Source: Octopus vulgaris (taxonomy: Eukaryota). Taken from it: 64,000 bases of DNA. Below, in pieces: positions 1-12,945 of this stretch (positions are counted from its first letter, which is position 1; every line of letters begins with the position of its first letter). The translations under genes and the position numbers were made by a program. The stretch covers positions 63,364,001 to 63,428,000 of the forward strand of contig OX597825.1 of the NCBI GenBank assembly GCA_951406725.2, given 5' to 3'. Under the pieces are notes generated by a model, which worked only from the letters and a program-made list of their open reading frames with translations, did no database searches and was not told the origin of the DNA.

Positions 1-81
1 GGTAAACCACTATTTCTTAGTGGTAAGACCGTAGTGCATCTATTTCTAGCATAAGGGTGTCTACATAGGGGTTTCCCTCTA

Positions 82-147
<66 letters not shown>

Positions 148-159
148 GCATGTATATAT

Positions 160-303
160 GTATGTAGTTGTGTGTCTGTGTTTGTCCCCACCACCATCGT
201 TTGACAGCCAATGTTGCCGTAACTTAGCGGTTTGGCAAGAGAGACAGATAGAAGAAGTGCTAGGCATACAAAGAATAAGTCCTGGGGTAGATTTTCTCGA
301 CTA
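160..303 (+). mobile_element. SINE family B, 3' half
   Basis: tgtgtctgtgtttgtcccc...aacttagcggtttggcaa...aagaataagtcctgggg matches the 3' half of the full copy at 27003-27420; preceded by (TA)n. Confidence 0.8.
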
Positions 304-421
304 AAAAATTTTAAAAAAATGAACGATAGGGAAAACATTGAGTTGTACAGGTACTTATAATCAAATAAAGGTTTTAATGTTTCGTAACGCATCACTATCA
401 GAGTACTGCAATCGTAGACAA

Positions 422-804
422 TCTCTCTCTATATAAAGCTGAAGTTGTCTGTGTATGGCAGGTTTGGTAGCCTTCAACTAACACTGTCTCCTCCTAGACC
501 CTGCGGCGCAAGTTGACCAAAATTGAGAGTATGATAGAAGAAGGATTGTTCTTCCTTCCGTAGAAGAAAAATTTCAAATCGGACCATGTTAATATCAAAA
601 ATTATTTACATTAAAAAGGTGCTATTTTTCTATGAAAATCTCTGTTTTTTTTACAATTTTTTGTATGCTGTGCCGCCATTTTTCGATGTATTTCAACCAG
701 GAAAATGTCAACTTAAAGAGAATAACAAGCAAAATTTTTACTTTTCAAAAATTCCAATTCTAAAGGGTGGAAACAAACCCGAGCAACGCGGGCGATACTG
801 CTAG
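422..804 (+). mobile_element. Non-autonomous Helitron
   Basis: Starts A|TCtctctctatataaa and ends with the subterminal hairpin cccgagcaacgcggg followed by CTAG|T. Inserted between A and T with no TSD, as expected for Helitron termini. Confidence 0.85.
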
Positions 805-1115
805 TTTATCATAAACAAGTGGATCCCATAGTGGAGTGTATGAAATGTTACTCCAAACATAAGTAATGCTGGAGCAGTAACTATTGCATTGGTGTCCAGA
901 TTTTAGATGATGATTGTTAGAAGAGCTGATGAAACCCACTACTATCATCATAGATACAGCCTTACCACCTCAACGTTCATACTTGCCAGACCTTCTGACA
1001 AATTTAGTTTTATTTAAATGCTTAATGCTTTTTCAGTAAAATTTTTATACAAATGAGCTCTGGTATTAGGTCAGTTATCTATTCAATGAAAATAAATTGA
1101 CCATTATTCAGTAAA

Positions 1116-1480
1116 TACTCTTTTACTCTTTACTCTTTTACTTGTTTCAGTCATTTGACTGCGGTCATGCTGGAGCACTACCTTTAGTCGAGCAAATCGA
1201 CCCCAGGACTTATTCCTTTTGCCGAATCGCTAGGTTACGGGGACGTAAACACACCAGCATCGGTTGTCAAGCGATGTTGGGGGGACAAAAACAGACACAC
1301 AAACACTTGCACACACATACATATACACATAAATACGACGGGCTTCTTTGAGTTTCCGTCTACTAAATCCACTCACAAGGCTTTGGTCGGCCCGAGGCTA
1401 TAGTAGAAGACACTTGCCCAAGGTGCCACGCAGTGGGACTGAACCCGAAACCATATGGTTCGTAAGCAAGCTACTTACCA
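1116..1480 (-). mobile_element. SINE family B (tRNA-derived, CORE-like)
   Basis: Reverse complement of 27003-27420; contains caccttgggcaagtgtctt (CORE-like) and a (gtaaaaga)n tail. Confidence 0.9.
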
Positions 1481-1933
1481 TATTTAAAAACATGTCTAAC
1501 CTAGTTGTAACATGAAAAAGTCAAATGCAAGCTATATATAACTAAGACATTAAATATTTCTGTATTATGGCAACGAATAGAAATTCTAATGTCTACTTCG
1601 TGATTTGATCGATAATACTTTGGAATGTTGAGCTGAGTTTCGCATTTCTGCCGAAGAATTATGTAAGAGACAACTTCTTTGGTATCGGTGTGAAAAATTA
1701 GTGGTCCTCACCAAATATAGTTTTTCTACTTGTCTATGTCCACGGCAAAGCAACAGACCCATGTAGCTGGACATCATCCGGATGTTCAGTGTGTCTGGGG
1801 ATATTGAGATCGGAAGTCTCTCTTCGACATTGCAGTGAGGTACTTATTTTCATTTAAAAATAGAACTTGTCTTGCTGAAAGGATTAACGCGCCGCCTGAT
1901 CCGATAATTGAAGATATTACTTAACGATGTTAA

Positions 1934-2167
1934 AGGCGACGAGATGGCAGAAACGTTAGCATGCTGGGTGAGATGCTTAGTGGTATTTCGTCTGCCGTTA
2001 CGTTCTGAGTTCAAATTCCGCCGAGGTCGACTTTGCCTTTCATCCTTTCGGTGTCAATAAATTAAGTACCAGTTACGCACTGGGGTTAATATAATCGACT
2101 TAAATACTTCTGTGTGTCCTTGTTTGTCTCCTCTGTGTTTAGCCCCTTGTGAGTAGTAAAGAAATAG
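1934..2167 (+). mobile_element. SINE family A
   Basis: ggcgacgagatggcagaaacg head, B box gagttcaaattcc, gcctttcatcctttcgg body; TSD attacttaacgat at 1916-1928 and 2170-2182. Confidence 0.92.
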
Positions 2168-3136
2168 AAATTACTTAACGATTGTGGGTTCAACATCTTA
2201 ACCACTAAGCCATGTCTTTACAGTGGTCTGCATCACCATGTTTAAATAGACATTTGTTATTTCGATATTCCTCTTAATAAAGGAATAATCTTTCACCTGC
2301 CTTACCCTATTTAATTATGAATGATTTATAGGAACAGTAGGGTCGCGTATCACTTGATCTATCTTCTTCCTTCTTAACTACTTTGAAACACACAAGATGC
2401 CAGAAGATAATTGAGAATCTTTGTAACTAATCGAATCCAAAACTTTCTATACAAAGATGCACTCGAATGATTTCATACGACTTACACCTGAGCAACAGAA
2501 ATACTTGGTACTAAAAATAGATGAATGAAACCAGTGATCTTTTTGCATTGGCTACAGCTATACAAAGAAGGAAATGACTTCGGTAAGTATTTATTCCCCG
2601 TGGAAAAGGAAATTTGAAGTCTCGGTTGTTGTTTCCTCTTCAGAGAAAAAGGAGAGAAATAGAGAAAGAAAAAGAGAAACCTTTCCAACACAGTTTAAAC
2701 GTTCAGTTTTCTTTCTTGGATAGACACCCAGTAAAGACTCTTGAGTACGGCTTTCCCTAATCAATAAATTTTAAAAAAATGAAAGATGAATAGATATCTC
2801 TGAAACACCAGGTTACCTTACTCTACGCAAATATAAGGACGTTATATTACAAACTGACAAAAGGCCGTGCGTAGGTAGAATTGTTGAAAGGTTGTAAAGT
2901 ATCTCAGTTCGAGGTGAGATAGTATCAGATAATATTCTTCCTGGAAAATTGTTATTCTTGTGCTTTTATTAAAAGCAATGGTATATACAAATCAGACACC
3001 AATCAAACAGTAACTCTTATCCTCTAAATGGCTCACTGTAGCTGATGGGTAGTTTAGCCTATTCATGGTGTCCATTTATTGATGAGTGGACTACATTTGG
3101 ATTTAGACACATTACATCGATACGTTGTTGAATATT

Positions 3137-3377
3137 TATTTCTTTATTGCCCATAAAGGGGCTAAACATAGAGGGGACAAACAAGGACAAACAAACGGAT
3201 TAAGTCGATTACATCGACCCTACTCCCAGTGCGTAATTGGTAATTAATTTATCGACCTCAGAAGGATGAAAGGCAAAGTCAACCTCGACGGAATTTGAAC
3301 TCAGAACGTAGCAGCAGACGAAAAACTTGCTAAGCGTTTCGCCCGGCATGATAACGATTCAGCCAGCTCGACACCCT
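3137..3377 (-). mobile_element. SINE family A
   Basis: Reverse-complement copy; TSD tacgttg(t/c)tgaatattta at 3121-3138 and 3378-3395. Confidence 0.9.
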
Positions 3378-4111
3378 TACGTTGCTGAATATTTAGTCAA
3401 ACGTTCAAGGTTCTAATAACTTCATCATGTAGATGATAAGGATATTGCCTGTGAAAATGTCATCGTCGTTGTTGTAGTTGTTGATGATGATGATAATATT
3501 AACGATAATGATGATGACTGATGACAATGATGGTGTTCAATCTCAAGTCAACACGAATTAAACGAGTTAATATTAAATGCGTTTCGTATATGAACGTAAG
3601 GGACCTTTGTCAAAATAGGACAACATTTAAAACGTGTCCAGTTAATGTAGTAGAGTCCGATTTGTGTACGATCAGTCTGAAATATGGGCGAATACACATA
3701 TACCCTCCTTCAATTGTGTTCGGGATGACGAGGTTAAAGACAATGATGACGACAAAGAGGAAGAAAATGGAGGCAGTTAACAATGCTAACGTGGTATCTC
3801 TGCGCTGAAATAGTTTAATCCTTTGCTTGTAGCTATGTCTAAGCAGAGCAGAAATACATACAATGATTCAGCAGACCTAAATATAAGATAAGTTTGTTTG
3901 TAAAATAGTATTTTCAGGAACAGCAACAAAAATATATTTGGAACAGCAATGCCAAATATAAACCTTCCTAGAATACTTTTATTCATCGCCAAGAATTTTC
4001 GGTTTATAATAAAATTAACATTGAAATTGTTATAGAAAATCTTTGCTTCCAAAATTGCATTAACCCATTTATGTATTAAACGTTAATAAATCATTCTACA
4101 ATTAATTACAA

Positions 4112-4720
4112 GACGGCGAGCTGGCAGAAACGTTAGCACGCCGGGCGAAATGCTCAGCGGTATTTCGTCTGCCGTTACGCTCTGAGTTCAAATTCCACCG
4201 AGGTAGACTTTGCCTTTCATCCTTTCGGGGTCGATAAATTAAGTACCAGTTGCGCACTGGGGTCGATATAATCAACTCAATCCGTTTGTCTGTCCTTTTT
4301 TGTCTCCTCTATGTTTAGCCTCCTGTGGGCAATAAAGAAATAAGAAACGTTAGCACGACGGGCGAAATGCTTAGCGGTATTTCGTCTGCCGTTACGTTCT
4401 GAGTTCAAATCCCGCCGAGGTCGACTTTGCCTTTCATCCTTTCGGGGTCGATTAAATAAGTACCAGTTACGCACTGGGGTCGGTATAATCAACTTAATCC
4501 GTTTGTCTGTCCTTGATTGCCCTCTCTGTGTTTAGCCCCTTGTGGGTAGTAAAGAAATAAGTATTTCGTCTGTCTTTACGTCCTGAGTTTAAATTCCGCC
4601 GAGGTCGACTTTGCCTTTCATCTTTTCGGTGTTGATAAATTATCATTTGCATACTGGGAGTCGATCTAATCGACTGGCACCCTCTCAAAACATTTCGGGG
4701 ATTGTGCCTAGAGTAAAAAG
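4112..4720 (+). mobile_element. SINE family A head-to-tail trimer
   Basis: Three consecutive units, the last with an alternative tail (...tgtgcctagagtaaaaag); one TSD pair at 4093-4111 and 4721-4739. Confidence 0.9.
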
Positions 4721-5687
4721 ATTCTACAATCAATAACAAATAATAAAAGGTGTGGTGATTTGGAAAATAGTTACAATGTTTTGCATTATTTTGTGCATAC
4801 GCTTGCATTTTGTGTTCAAATCACGATGAAGTCTGCTTTTCTTCTGGTTTGATAAAATCACGAATCAAGTAGTAATTAATTTATTAACTCCATCCCTTCC
4901 CACTGAGGGTGTTGTACGTATGATAGAAACTTTTACAAAGACTAATGACTTGCTATTAAGTAATTTCCTGATTGTAATGTTTTACGGACATTATATATTC
5001 AATAGGTTTCATTTTGTTAATCAACCAGTCGTCCTACAATTGGCTAATATAAATTGCTATAAAACAAAGAATGAGGTTTGATTCCTGAAAATCTTACCGT
5101 TCACTTACACTACATTCATTCAATTATCTAAATGTGTACAGATCTAATTCTGTAATAAACAACTTCAATTTGCTGCCTTGTGTCTCTGCGTTCGCTTCCA
5201 GTGTGTTACATCGCTTATAAGCATGTTTGTTTTTATACATGCATGTATACGTCTGAATGTGTGTATATCAGTGGTAAGAAGTGAAAATAGAAAACAAACC
5301 AAATAATACTGTTACTTTCGAATTAAGTACTTGTGATATTTATCCCACCCAATATTTATCCCACCCGTTATTTATCCCGCCCGTATTACACTCATTATCA
5401 CCGACATTCATTTATCAATTTGTCACTATCATAAAGGCAGCTAACCTGTGATTTACCAGTTAGAAACCAGTAATCAACGAATACTGGTTATTATTTAAAA
5501 ACTACATCTTAATGAGATACAGCATGTTTCTGTTAACTGCGACAGTTTTCACTGTGTAGTCCATCTTAATTTATGTGGGTCACAAAGAGTCATGTAAACA
5601 AATGTGATTCCTGTCGTAAATGAAATCAAAGATTTATATTCAATCAGAAACATCGTAATGTGTACGTTAAGAATATATTTAACTATT

Positions 5688-6056
5688 GTGGAGGCGCAAT
5701 GGACTCGAGGTCATAGGATCGCGGTTTCGATTCCCAGACCGGGCGTTGTGAGTGTTTATTGAGCGAAAACACCTAAAGCTCCACGAGTCTCCGGCAGGGG
5801 ACGGTGGTGATCCCTGCTGTACTCTTTCACCACAACTTTCTCTCACTCTTACTTCCTGTTTCTCTTGTACCTGTATTTCAAAGGGCCGGCCATGTCACTC
5901 TCTGTGTCACGCTGAATATCCCCGAGAACTACGTTAAGGGTACACGTGTCTGTGGAGTGCTCAGCCACTTACACGTTAATTTCACAAGCAGGCTGTTCCG
6001 TTGATTCGGATCAACCGGAACCCTCGTCGTCGTAACCGACGGAGTGCTTCCATCCA
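5688..6056 (+). mobile_element. SINE family C, tail type 1
   Basis: gtggaggcgcaatgg head, B box ggtttcgattccc; near-identical to 61077-61473; TSD atttaactatt at 5677-5687 and 6056-6066. Confidence 0.92.
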
Positions 6057-6139
6057 TTTAACTATTTCATTCTCGCTAATATGTAGGTGGATTAAAAGGT
6101 GAGTAAAGTTCAGTAGTATAAATAACGGTCTTTAATTAA

Positions 6140-6820
6140 AGAACAAGGCCATTAATTTTGAGTGGAGGGGCATAGTTGATACTATCACCAAGTGCTACAC
6201 TGATTCTTACTTTGTTGATGGATGGCAGAGCAAGGAAAGTAAATATTGACTTCGGCTCAATTTGAAATTAGAAGGCAAAAAGCCGGAAGAAATACCGGTG
6301 GTTTCAAATGTTGGTACAGCGGCATCAGTTTCGGGAGTGGAGGTGGGATTAGTCGATTATATTGACGCCAGTGCTCAACTGGTACTAATTTTATCAACAG
6401 CGAAAGGATGAAAGATAGGGTCGACCTCGATAGAATTTGAATTCAGAATATAAAAACAGACGAAATGTCGCTAAGCATTTTGTCCCGCGTGCTAATGATA
6501 CTGCAAACTCGCCACCTTTGCCAGAAGAAATAATGGCTTCAAAATTTGGCACAAGGCCAGTAAGTTTGTGGGTGGAGGTAAATCGACTATATCGACCCAA
6601 GTAGTCAACGGGTACTTATTTCATTGACCCCCCGAAAGGTTGTAAGTCAAAATCGACGTCGGCAGAATTTGAATTAAAAAACGTAAACACGAGCAAAATG
6701 TTGCGACACATTTTACCTGGTGTGCAAACAATTCTGCCAGCACACCGCCTTAGCCGGAAGAAATGTTGCAAAACATTTTATTTTTACTGATGCCATAACG
6801 ATTCTGCCAGTTCATCGCCA
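6140..6820 (-). mobile_element. Cluster of old degenerate SINE A-related copies
   Basis: Three or more diverged reverse units (ggcacaaggccag...gtcgattatatcgacc...ggtacttatttt...gaatttgaa...attctgccag). Confidence 0.7.
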
Positions 6821-6837
6821 TCAATATTATAAATAAT

Positions 6838-7095
6838 AGGCGGTGAGCTGGCAGAATCGTAAGCGCGCCGGACGAAATGCTTAGCGGTATTTCGTCTGTC
6901 GTTACGTTCTGAGTTCAAATTCCGCCGGGGTCGACTTTGCCTTTCATCCTCCCGGGGTCGACTTTGCCTTTCATCCTCCCGGGGTCGATAAATAAAGTAC
7001 CAGTTTCGCACTGGGTCGATATAATCGACTTAATCCGTTTGTCTGTCCTTGTTTGTCCCCTCTATGTTTAGCCCCTTGTGGGCAATAAAGAAATA
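6838..7095 (+). mobile_element. SINE family A with internal duplication
   Basis: Internal repeat of ccggggtcgactttgcctttcatcctcc; TSD aatattataaataat at 6823-6837 and 7096-7110. Confidence 0.92.
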
Positions 7096-7317
7096 AATAT
7101 TATAAATAATGAAAGTGATTTATGTGGGCTAGTCAAATTTTCAACATCTTTTTCTAAGCCTGTTAAATAAAAAAGAAAAGATGGAATAGAAGAAAATCTG
7201 GAGGGGAAGGATTGGAAAAAGGGGTTATATATATGTAGTTTGCTTGCACACACACATATATATTGATAAAAATGGTAAGACAACAAAAGAAAGAAAGAGA
7301 CCACGATATTATGTAAA

Positions 7318-7547
7318 GCGGCGAGCTGGCAGAATCGTTAGCACGTCGGGCGAAATGCTTAGCGGTATTTCGGCTGCCGTTACGTTGTGAGTTCAAATTC
7401 CGTCGAGGTCGACTTTGCCTTTCATCCTTTCGGGTTCGATAAATTAAGTACCAGTTAAGCACTGGGGTCGATATAATCGACTTAATACCTATGTCTGTCC
7501 ATGTTTGTCTCCTGCATGTTTAGCCCCTTGTGGGTAATAAAGAAATA
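7318..7547 (+). mobile_element. SINE family A
   Basis: Full unit; TSD gatattatgtaaa at 7305-7317 and 7548-7560. Confidence 0.92.
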
Positions 7548-7610
7548 GATATTATGTAAATAGAGGAATTTATCTGTAAATGTAATATGTGACAATTATT
7601 CGGTAGCCAT

Positions 7611-7671
7611 GATAAAACTCCGAGTTTCGGATGCCGAGGTAGAAATCCACGCCGCCATCTCTTCAGTTATT
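7611..7671 (-). ncRNA. Type I hammerhead ribozyme motif (mirror copy)
   Basis: Reverse complement of the 7934-7994 motif in the left arm. Confidence 0.6.
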
Positions 7672-7933
7672 CAGCCATCGGAAAAGTGCTATGAAAAATG
7701 ACCGTTATACAAAGGGAAATAACTGTGTGATTGACTGTTATTAAGACAAAAGAGCTATTTGAATGACCGCTAAGTAAGGGGAGGGAGTAAAAGTAAGGGG
7801 TTAAATAGTTCATAGCATTTACGTAAGCGCGCCTGTTCATACCTACACACGCGCGCCCGCACACCCACGGTGAATCAAACAGTAATTTCCCTTTGTTTAA
7901 CGGTCATTTTTCATAGCATTTTTCCGATGGCTG

Positions 7934-7994
7934 GATAACTGAAGAGATGGCGGCGTGGATTTCCACCTCGGCATCCGAAACTCGGAGTTTTATC
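7934..7994 (+). ncRNA. Type I hammerhead ribozyme motif
   Basis: gataa (stem I), CTGAAGA at 7939-7945, stem II gatggcggcgtgg/ccacctcggcatc, GAAA at 7977-7980, short stem III ctcggag, GUU site, ttatc (stem I'). Confidence 0.65.
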
Positions 7995-8094
7995 ATGGCT
8001 ACCGAATAATTGTCACACATTACATTTATCATGGCTACCGATATATATATGTCACACATATACATTTACATATATATATATATATACACATATA

Positions 8095-8238
8095 TATAAT
8101 TTAGGGTATCTAAGAGATACCACCACACTGGAAGTAGCAGCCAAAACTTGACACTAAAACAACATTTGATGTGGTTTTAGAGTCAAGTTTTGGTTGCTAT
8201 TTCCAGCGTGGTGGTATCATTTGACACCTTAAATTATA
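8095..8238. repeat. Imperfect palindrome (about 70-bp arms), MITE-like
   Basis: ataatttagggtatc...ccaaaacttgacactaaaac mirrors gttttagagtcaagttttgg...gacaccttaaattat; starts and ends in TA and is preceded by (TA)n. Confidence 0.8.
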
Positions 8239-8408
8239 ATCTTAATAATAATTATTTCCTCTGAAGGTTTTTATTCCCATGCTGACCACTTGATAAGATC
8301 GATATTTAAATAACGATCTTATCATCATTTATATATATATACAAACATGCTTATATGCTATGTAACACATACACACTCACACACACATATATATATGTGT
8401 CAGCAAGT

Positions 8409-8449
<41 letters not shown>

Positions 8450-9544
8450 AAACGAGAGAAGAAATGTGTGAGGTAGAAGTCTAGAGTGGAGATTACGTGA
8501 GACCTACCTGTTTTGAGCTTCAGATGCCACTGTAACAGCAGTTGAAAATGCAAATTGATCTACACTATGGACCTGTTTGAACATACGCTTTCACCATTAT
8601 GCAACAAACGTGGACATAATAAGAATAGCTAAACGCAATTTATTGTAAAAAATAGTTATTTAATAAATGGAATTATGAAAAGTGGAGAAGTTTCTATTCA
8701 TTTCATTATAAATGAAATTATTCTCAATTTGCTTTTTTGTTTGAAAAATATAATAAAACTTTAGAAAAATAATAAAGTCCATCTTTTATTTTGACCTAGA
8801 ATGCTCCAAAAGTGAACATTAAAATATGTTTCTAAGAATAGTTTTATAATAACCAACAAAAGTTTAGATGCAAAACAGATTAGTAGAAAATACTCTAACG
8901 AAATATTCGACTTGAAAAATAGATTAAATTTTCTAACATCTGCTAATTCTACTTTAATTCGATTTTTCTGTACTAATTAACTGTTTCATCTGCAGAAAAG
9001 CTCGTTGGATATGACTTTTGATGCACCTTTATTTAAATTACTCTGCCTAATTAGTGAGATAATCAAAGAAAACAAAATTCATTGATGCATGTATGAAAAA
9101 TAAAGAATTTGTTATATATTTTGTTTTCTATATTTTGCTTTAGTTTATTTGTGAATTAATATATTTTTTAGACAAGAGAATAAATAATAAATACAATGGA
9201 AATAGTTCTTATTTCTTATAAAGTATAATTTAAACAAAAAAAAAAACAAATTTTAGTATTATTTTCAAAATTTTTGTTTCTTACATGTTTTGCAACTCCC
9301 CTGTAGTAATTTAGTTTCTTCACTATTTCATGCTAGTCATGTGTGAAATTACACAGATATGATACTATAATGTACGGTGAAAATCTCACAGTTTTCAAAG
9401 AAATAACGTACGCAGGATCACTGCAGTAGAAATTTCTCACGCAGCAATAACATCACACACATACATATATACATACATGCGTGTGGGTATTACACAGAAG
9501 TGATGCAGCTCGAAGAAAGAAAAAATATTCCAAAAATTATATTT

Positions 9545-9582
9545 ATTTATATATATGTGTATATATACATGTATATGCATGC

Positions 9583-9625
<43 letters not shown>

Positions 9626-9659
9626 TATATATATACACGTAAATGTATATACATGTATG

Positions 9660-9698
<39 letters not shown>

Positions 9699-9799
9699 GT
9701 GTACAGATGTATATATATATATACACATATATATATACACGTAAATGTATATACATGTATGTATGTATTCATTTATATATATGTATGTATATGTGCACA

Positions 9800-9835
<36 letters not shown>

Positions 9836-9930
9836 TGTATTCATACTTACATATATATATATATGCATGTATTATATATATATATGCATGTATGTATATA
9901 TGTGCTGATGTATATATGTATGTATATACA
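9545..9930. repeat. Compound (TA)n/(TATG)n microsatellite with internal duplication
   Basis: cacgtaaatgtatatacatgtatgta occurs twice within TA runs. Confidence 0.9.
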
Positions 9931-12526
9931 AACAATAACAAAATATGTAATAATAAATTTGAAGCTACTGATACAAAAGCAACCATATTCTAAATAAATA
10001 CAGCACAGGAAAAAGGACTAAATGAAAGCGTACCATAATATAGAAAGAAAAAAAATATTACCGCGTTAAACAGCGATGTAATAAAATGTTAAAAATTAAG
10101 AAAAAGAAACAAAGATTTAAGATAAAAAGAATTTTTAATTTGTTTTGCTAAGTACAAGGTTAACTTTTATTGGTAGAGCATACAACTAATTAAATCAATC
10201 CCGTTGTAACCATAGCATAACTTTATCGCTATTTAAGTGATTGACCAAATAATTCTTCCGAATTTAGAAGAATATGCTTCACTGAGGAGATGGAGATCTA
10301 AATTGGTCTGTTGCTAATATCAATTAGTTAATAAAGAGGAAACCCCTGCTATCTGCATCGACTTTAATATTTCCAAATATTTCAGTTAACTGATTTTATG
10401 TGAGTGATCTCCCTTGTATGCTGGTGGTTTTGGAGTTTTAAGCATCCAGAAGTGTATTGTTACCTACGGAAAACAGGAATATTTTTGTTGAATCAGAGTT
10501 TTTCAACTCAGTAGCTTCGGAGACTCTACTAAATTAACCTCTGCTAGATTTGAACATTGAATATAGCAGAGTACGAATACTCCACGATAGTATGTAGGTT
10601 AACGAATTAGGGTATTTAATTTCATCTTAGGCCTAATGGAAAATTCTACTGCTGTCAACTTTGCTAACCGTTATTCAAGGATTGATTAAAATACGCAGTA
10701 ATAATGTATTGTAATTAATGTATCGGTTGTATCACTTTCTCAATGAAAGTTGGCCTTGTGCCTCGTTCTCAGATATCAATAAGTTACAAAAGATGGAAAT
10801 TTTACTAACGAAATGAAATGTGCTAATGAAAACATACACAATGATGAGGTTAATAGTGTCAGTAATAATTTCATATTTGGAATGAATGATAGACAACTAA
10901 ATACCTCGTAATATATAGCTTTTCCATTCATTCTGTGTTGAAAGCTAAATCCCTCAGGAGTCAACCTATACCTAGCCTTTCTTTACATTTCATAAAACAA
11001 GTGCCATTATTATGCCAGATATATTCAATTCACTTTTCTTCCCTTCTTTCCCTTTCCCCGCCTTTCTCTTCTTTGCTTTTATCTTTCTATTGAATATTTG
11101 GTCCATTCATTTGATCCTGTTAGAACATGTATTCCTCCTTAACGAACATAAGAATTATGATGGACCCAAAGAAATCAATTTTTTCTTTATGATACTACTT
11201 TATCTACTAGAGCTTAACTAATTTCTCGAAATTACATCAAGAGCAATTAACCTATTTCCGTCCATTGAAACTCTTCCTAAACACAGCAAAACATATTAAC
11301 TTGAATCACTATATACTGTGGAATATAGCGGAATGAAGCGACATCACCTGGTATACCAAACAATACAAACGTATAGGAATATAATGGTGTTAACTTCACA
11401 CTTCGTAATGAATTAGAAAATGTGCATTAATGTAGTTTCTAGAGCTGGTTTATAATACAGCAGCACCATTCGCCTTCAATAAACTTCCCATTGCATATGA
11501 TGTGAGGACGTTATATTTTCATTCTCTAAATATTTACTGAGCATGATTCAGAATACAAACAAGATTGCCATAGTTAAAATAGCCGCCCAATACTAAAGAT
11601 CAACAATACAAATTATATATTTGGTTGAGCTAAACTCATGTTGGCAAATTCAAAAGTACATTAGCTTTACGCAGCTTACTGGCTTGCGAAGTCTTTTTTA
11701 AAAATCAATAACTACTATCTAGAAACAGGAAATTTTCCTATCGATGTGCTGTCCTGGATATTCTTATAACAGTGAATAGCAGAATTGTTAGAGAGTAGGA
11801 AAATGCCTTTTCATTACAAGTTCATTCTTTCGGGATTCATAAAATAAAATACCAAATCAGCCATGGTTGCGTAATTAATAGCGCATTATACTGGAGGCTT
11901 TGCAGAGTTTGTACTGGCTCATTTTACTTCCCAAGCGTTCAGGCAATATGGTGAACCTATCCTTACATAGCTGACAACATGGTATCTTATTAGTAAATAT
12001 CCGAAGGAAGGCAGCGAAAAGCTATCGTTATACTACCCAATGAAAATTCCACGATAAACATATACTATTTGCTATTAAAGTTACTAAGAGTCGATCGTGA
12101 CATTATAAGACACAAATACATTGGCTGGTTTTAAAAAAAGGATGGGAAGTGTACAGCTTAAACGTCTACGATTTTATATCTTTTCCATGAATTTTTATGT
12201 GAAGCTAAAAACTACAAAAGCAATGACATAAGATAAACCTGTTCGATAGGATAAACCTGTAAGTTGTTTCTATAGATTTCAATAGCAGGACTCATTAAGA
12301 GAACTCCTCAAAGGCAATACAAAACATCTGGACAATACCAATTGTAGACTCAACCGAAAAGGGATTCTCGATCTTTAATACTGTTGATAAACATTTTAGA
12401 AATAACAGCCACATATTTCTCAAATACTACTGCTGCCTAACAAAAAGATGACCAGTGTCTGTAATCTGTCGCTAAAGAAAAATACATGATGGTTAGTAGT
12501 GAAACATTTTGATCATAGTTTTGAAA

Positions 12527-12945
12527 CCTATTTCTTTACTACCCACAAGGGGCTAAACACAGAGGGGACAAACAAGGACAGACAAACGGATTAAGTCGAT
12601 TACATCGATCCCAGTGCGTAACTGGTACTTAATTTATCGACCCCGAAAGGATGAAAGGCAACGTCGACCTCATCGGAATTTGAACTCAAAACGTAAGGGC
12701 AGACGAAATACCTATTTCTTTACTACCCATAAGGGGGCTAAACACTGAGAGGACAAACAAGGACAGACAAACGGATTAAGTCGATTACATCGACCCCAGT
12801 GCGTAACTGGTACTTAATTTATCGACCCTGAAAGGATGAAAGGCAAAGTCGACCTCGGCGGAATTTGAACTCAGAACGTAACGGCAGACGAAATACGGCT
12901 ACGCACTTCGCCCGGCGTGCTAACGTTTCTGCCAGCACGTCGCCT
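12527..12945 (-). mobile_element. SINE family A dimer
   Basis: Two reverse units joined at gaaatacctatttcttt. Confidence 0.9.

Larger units (their letters stand above)
7577..8028. repeat. Long inverted repeat (162-bp arms, 128-bp spacer), probably a Penelope-like terminal-repeat pair
   Basis: 7577-7738 is the reverse complement of 7867-8028 with about 9 mismatches by eye; each arm has a hammerhead core. Confidence 0.9.

Noticed and set aside
370-405. Minus-strand hammerhead-like ctgatagtgatgcgttacgaaacatta
   Set aside because: The core lacks the conserved G of CUGANGA, and stems I and III are not convincing.
4277-7462. Recurrent peptide RKDERQSRPRRNLNSER suggesting a gene family
   Set aside because: It is the antisense translation of SINE A.
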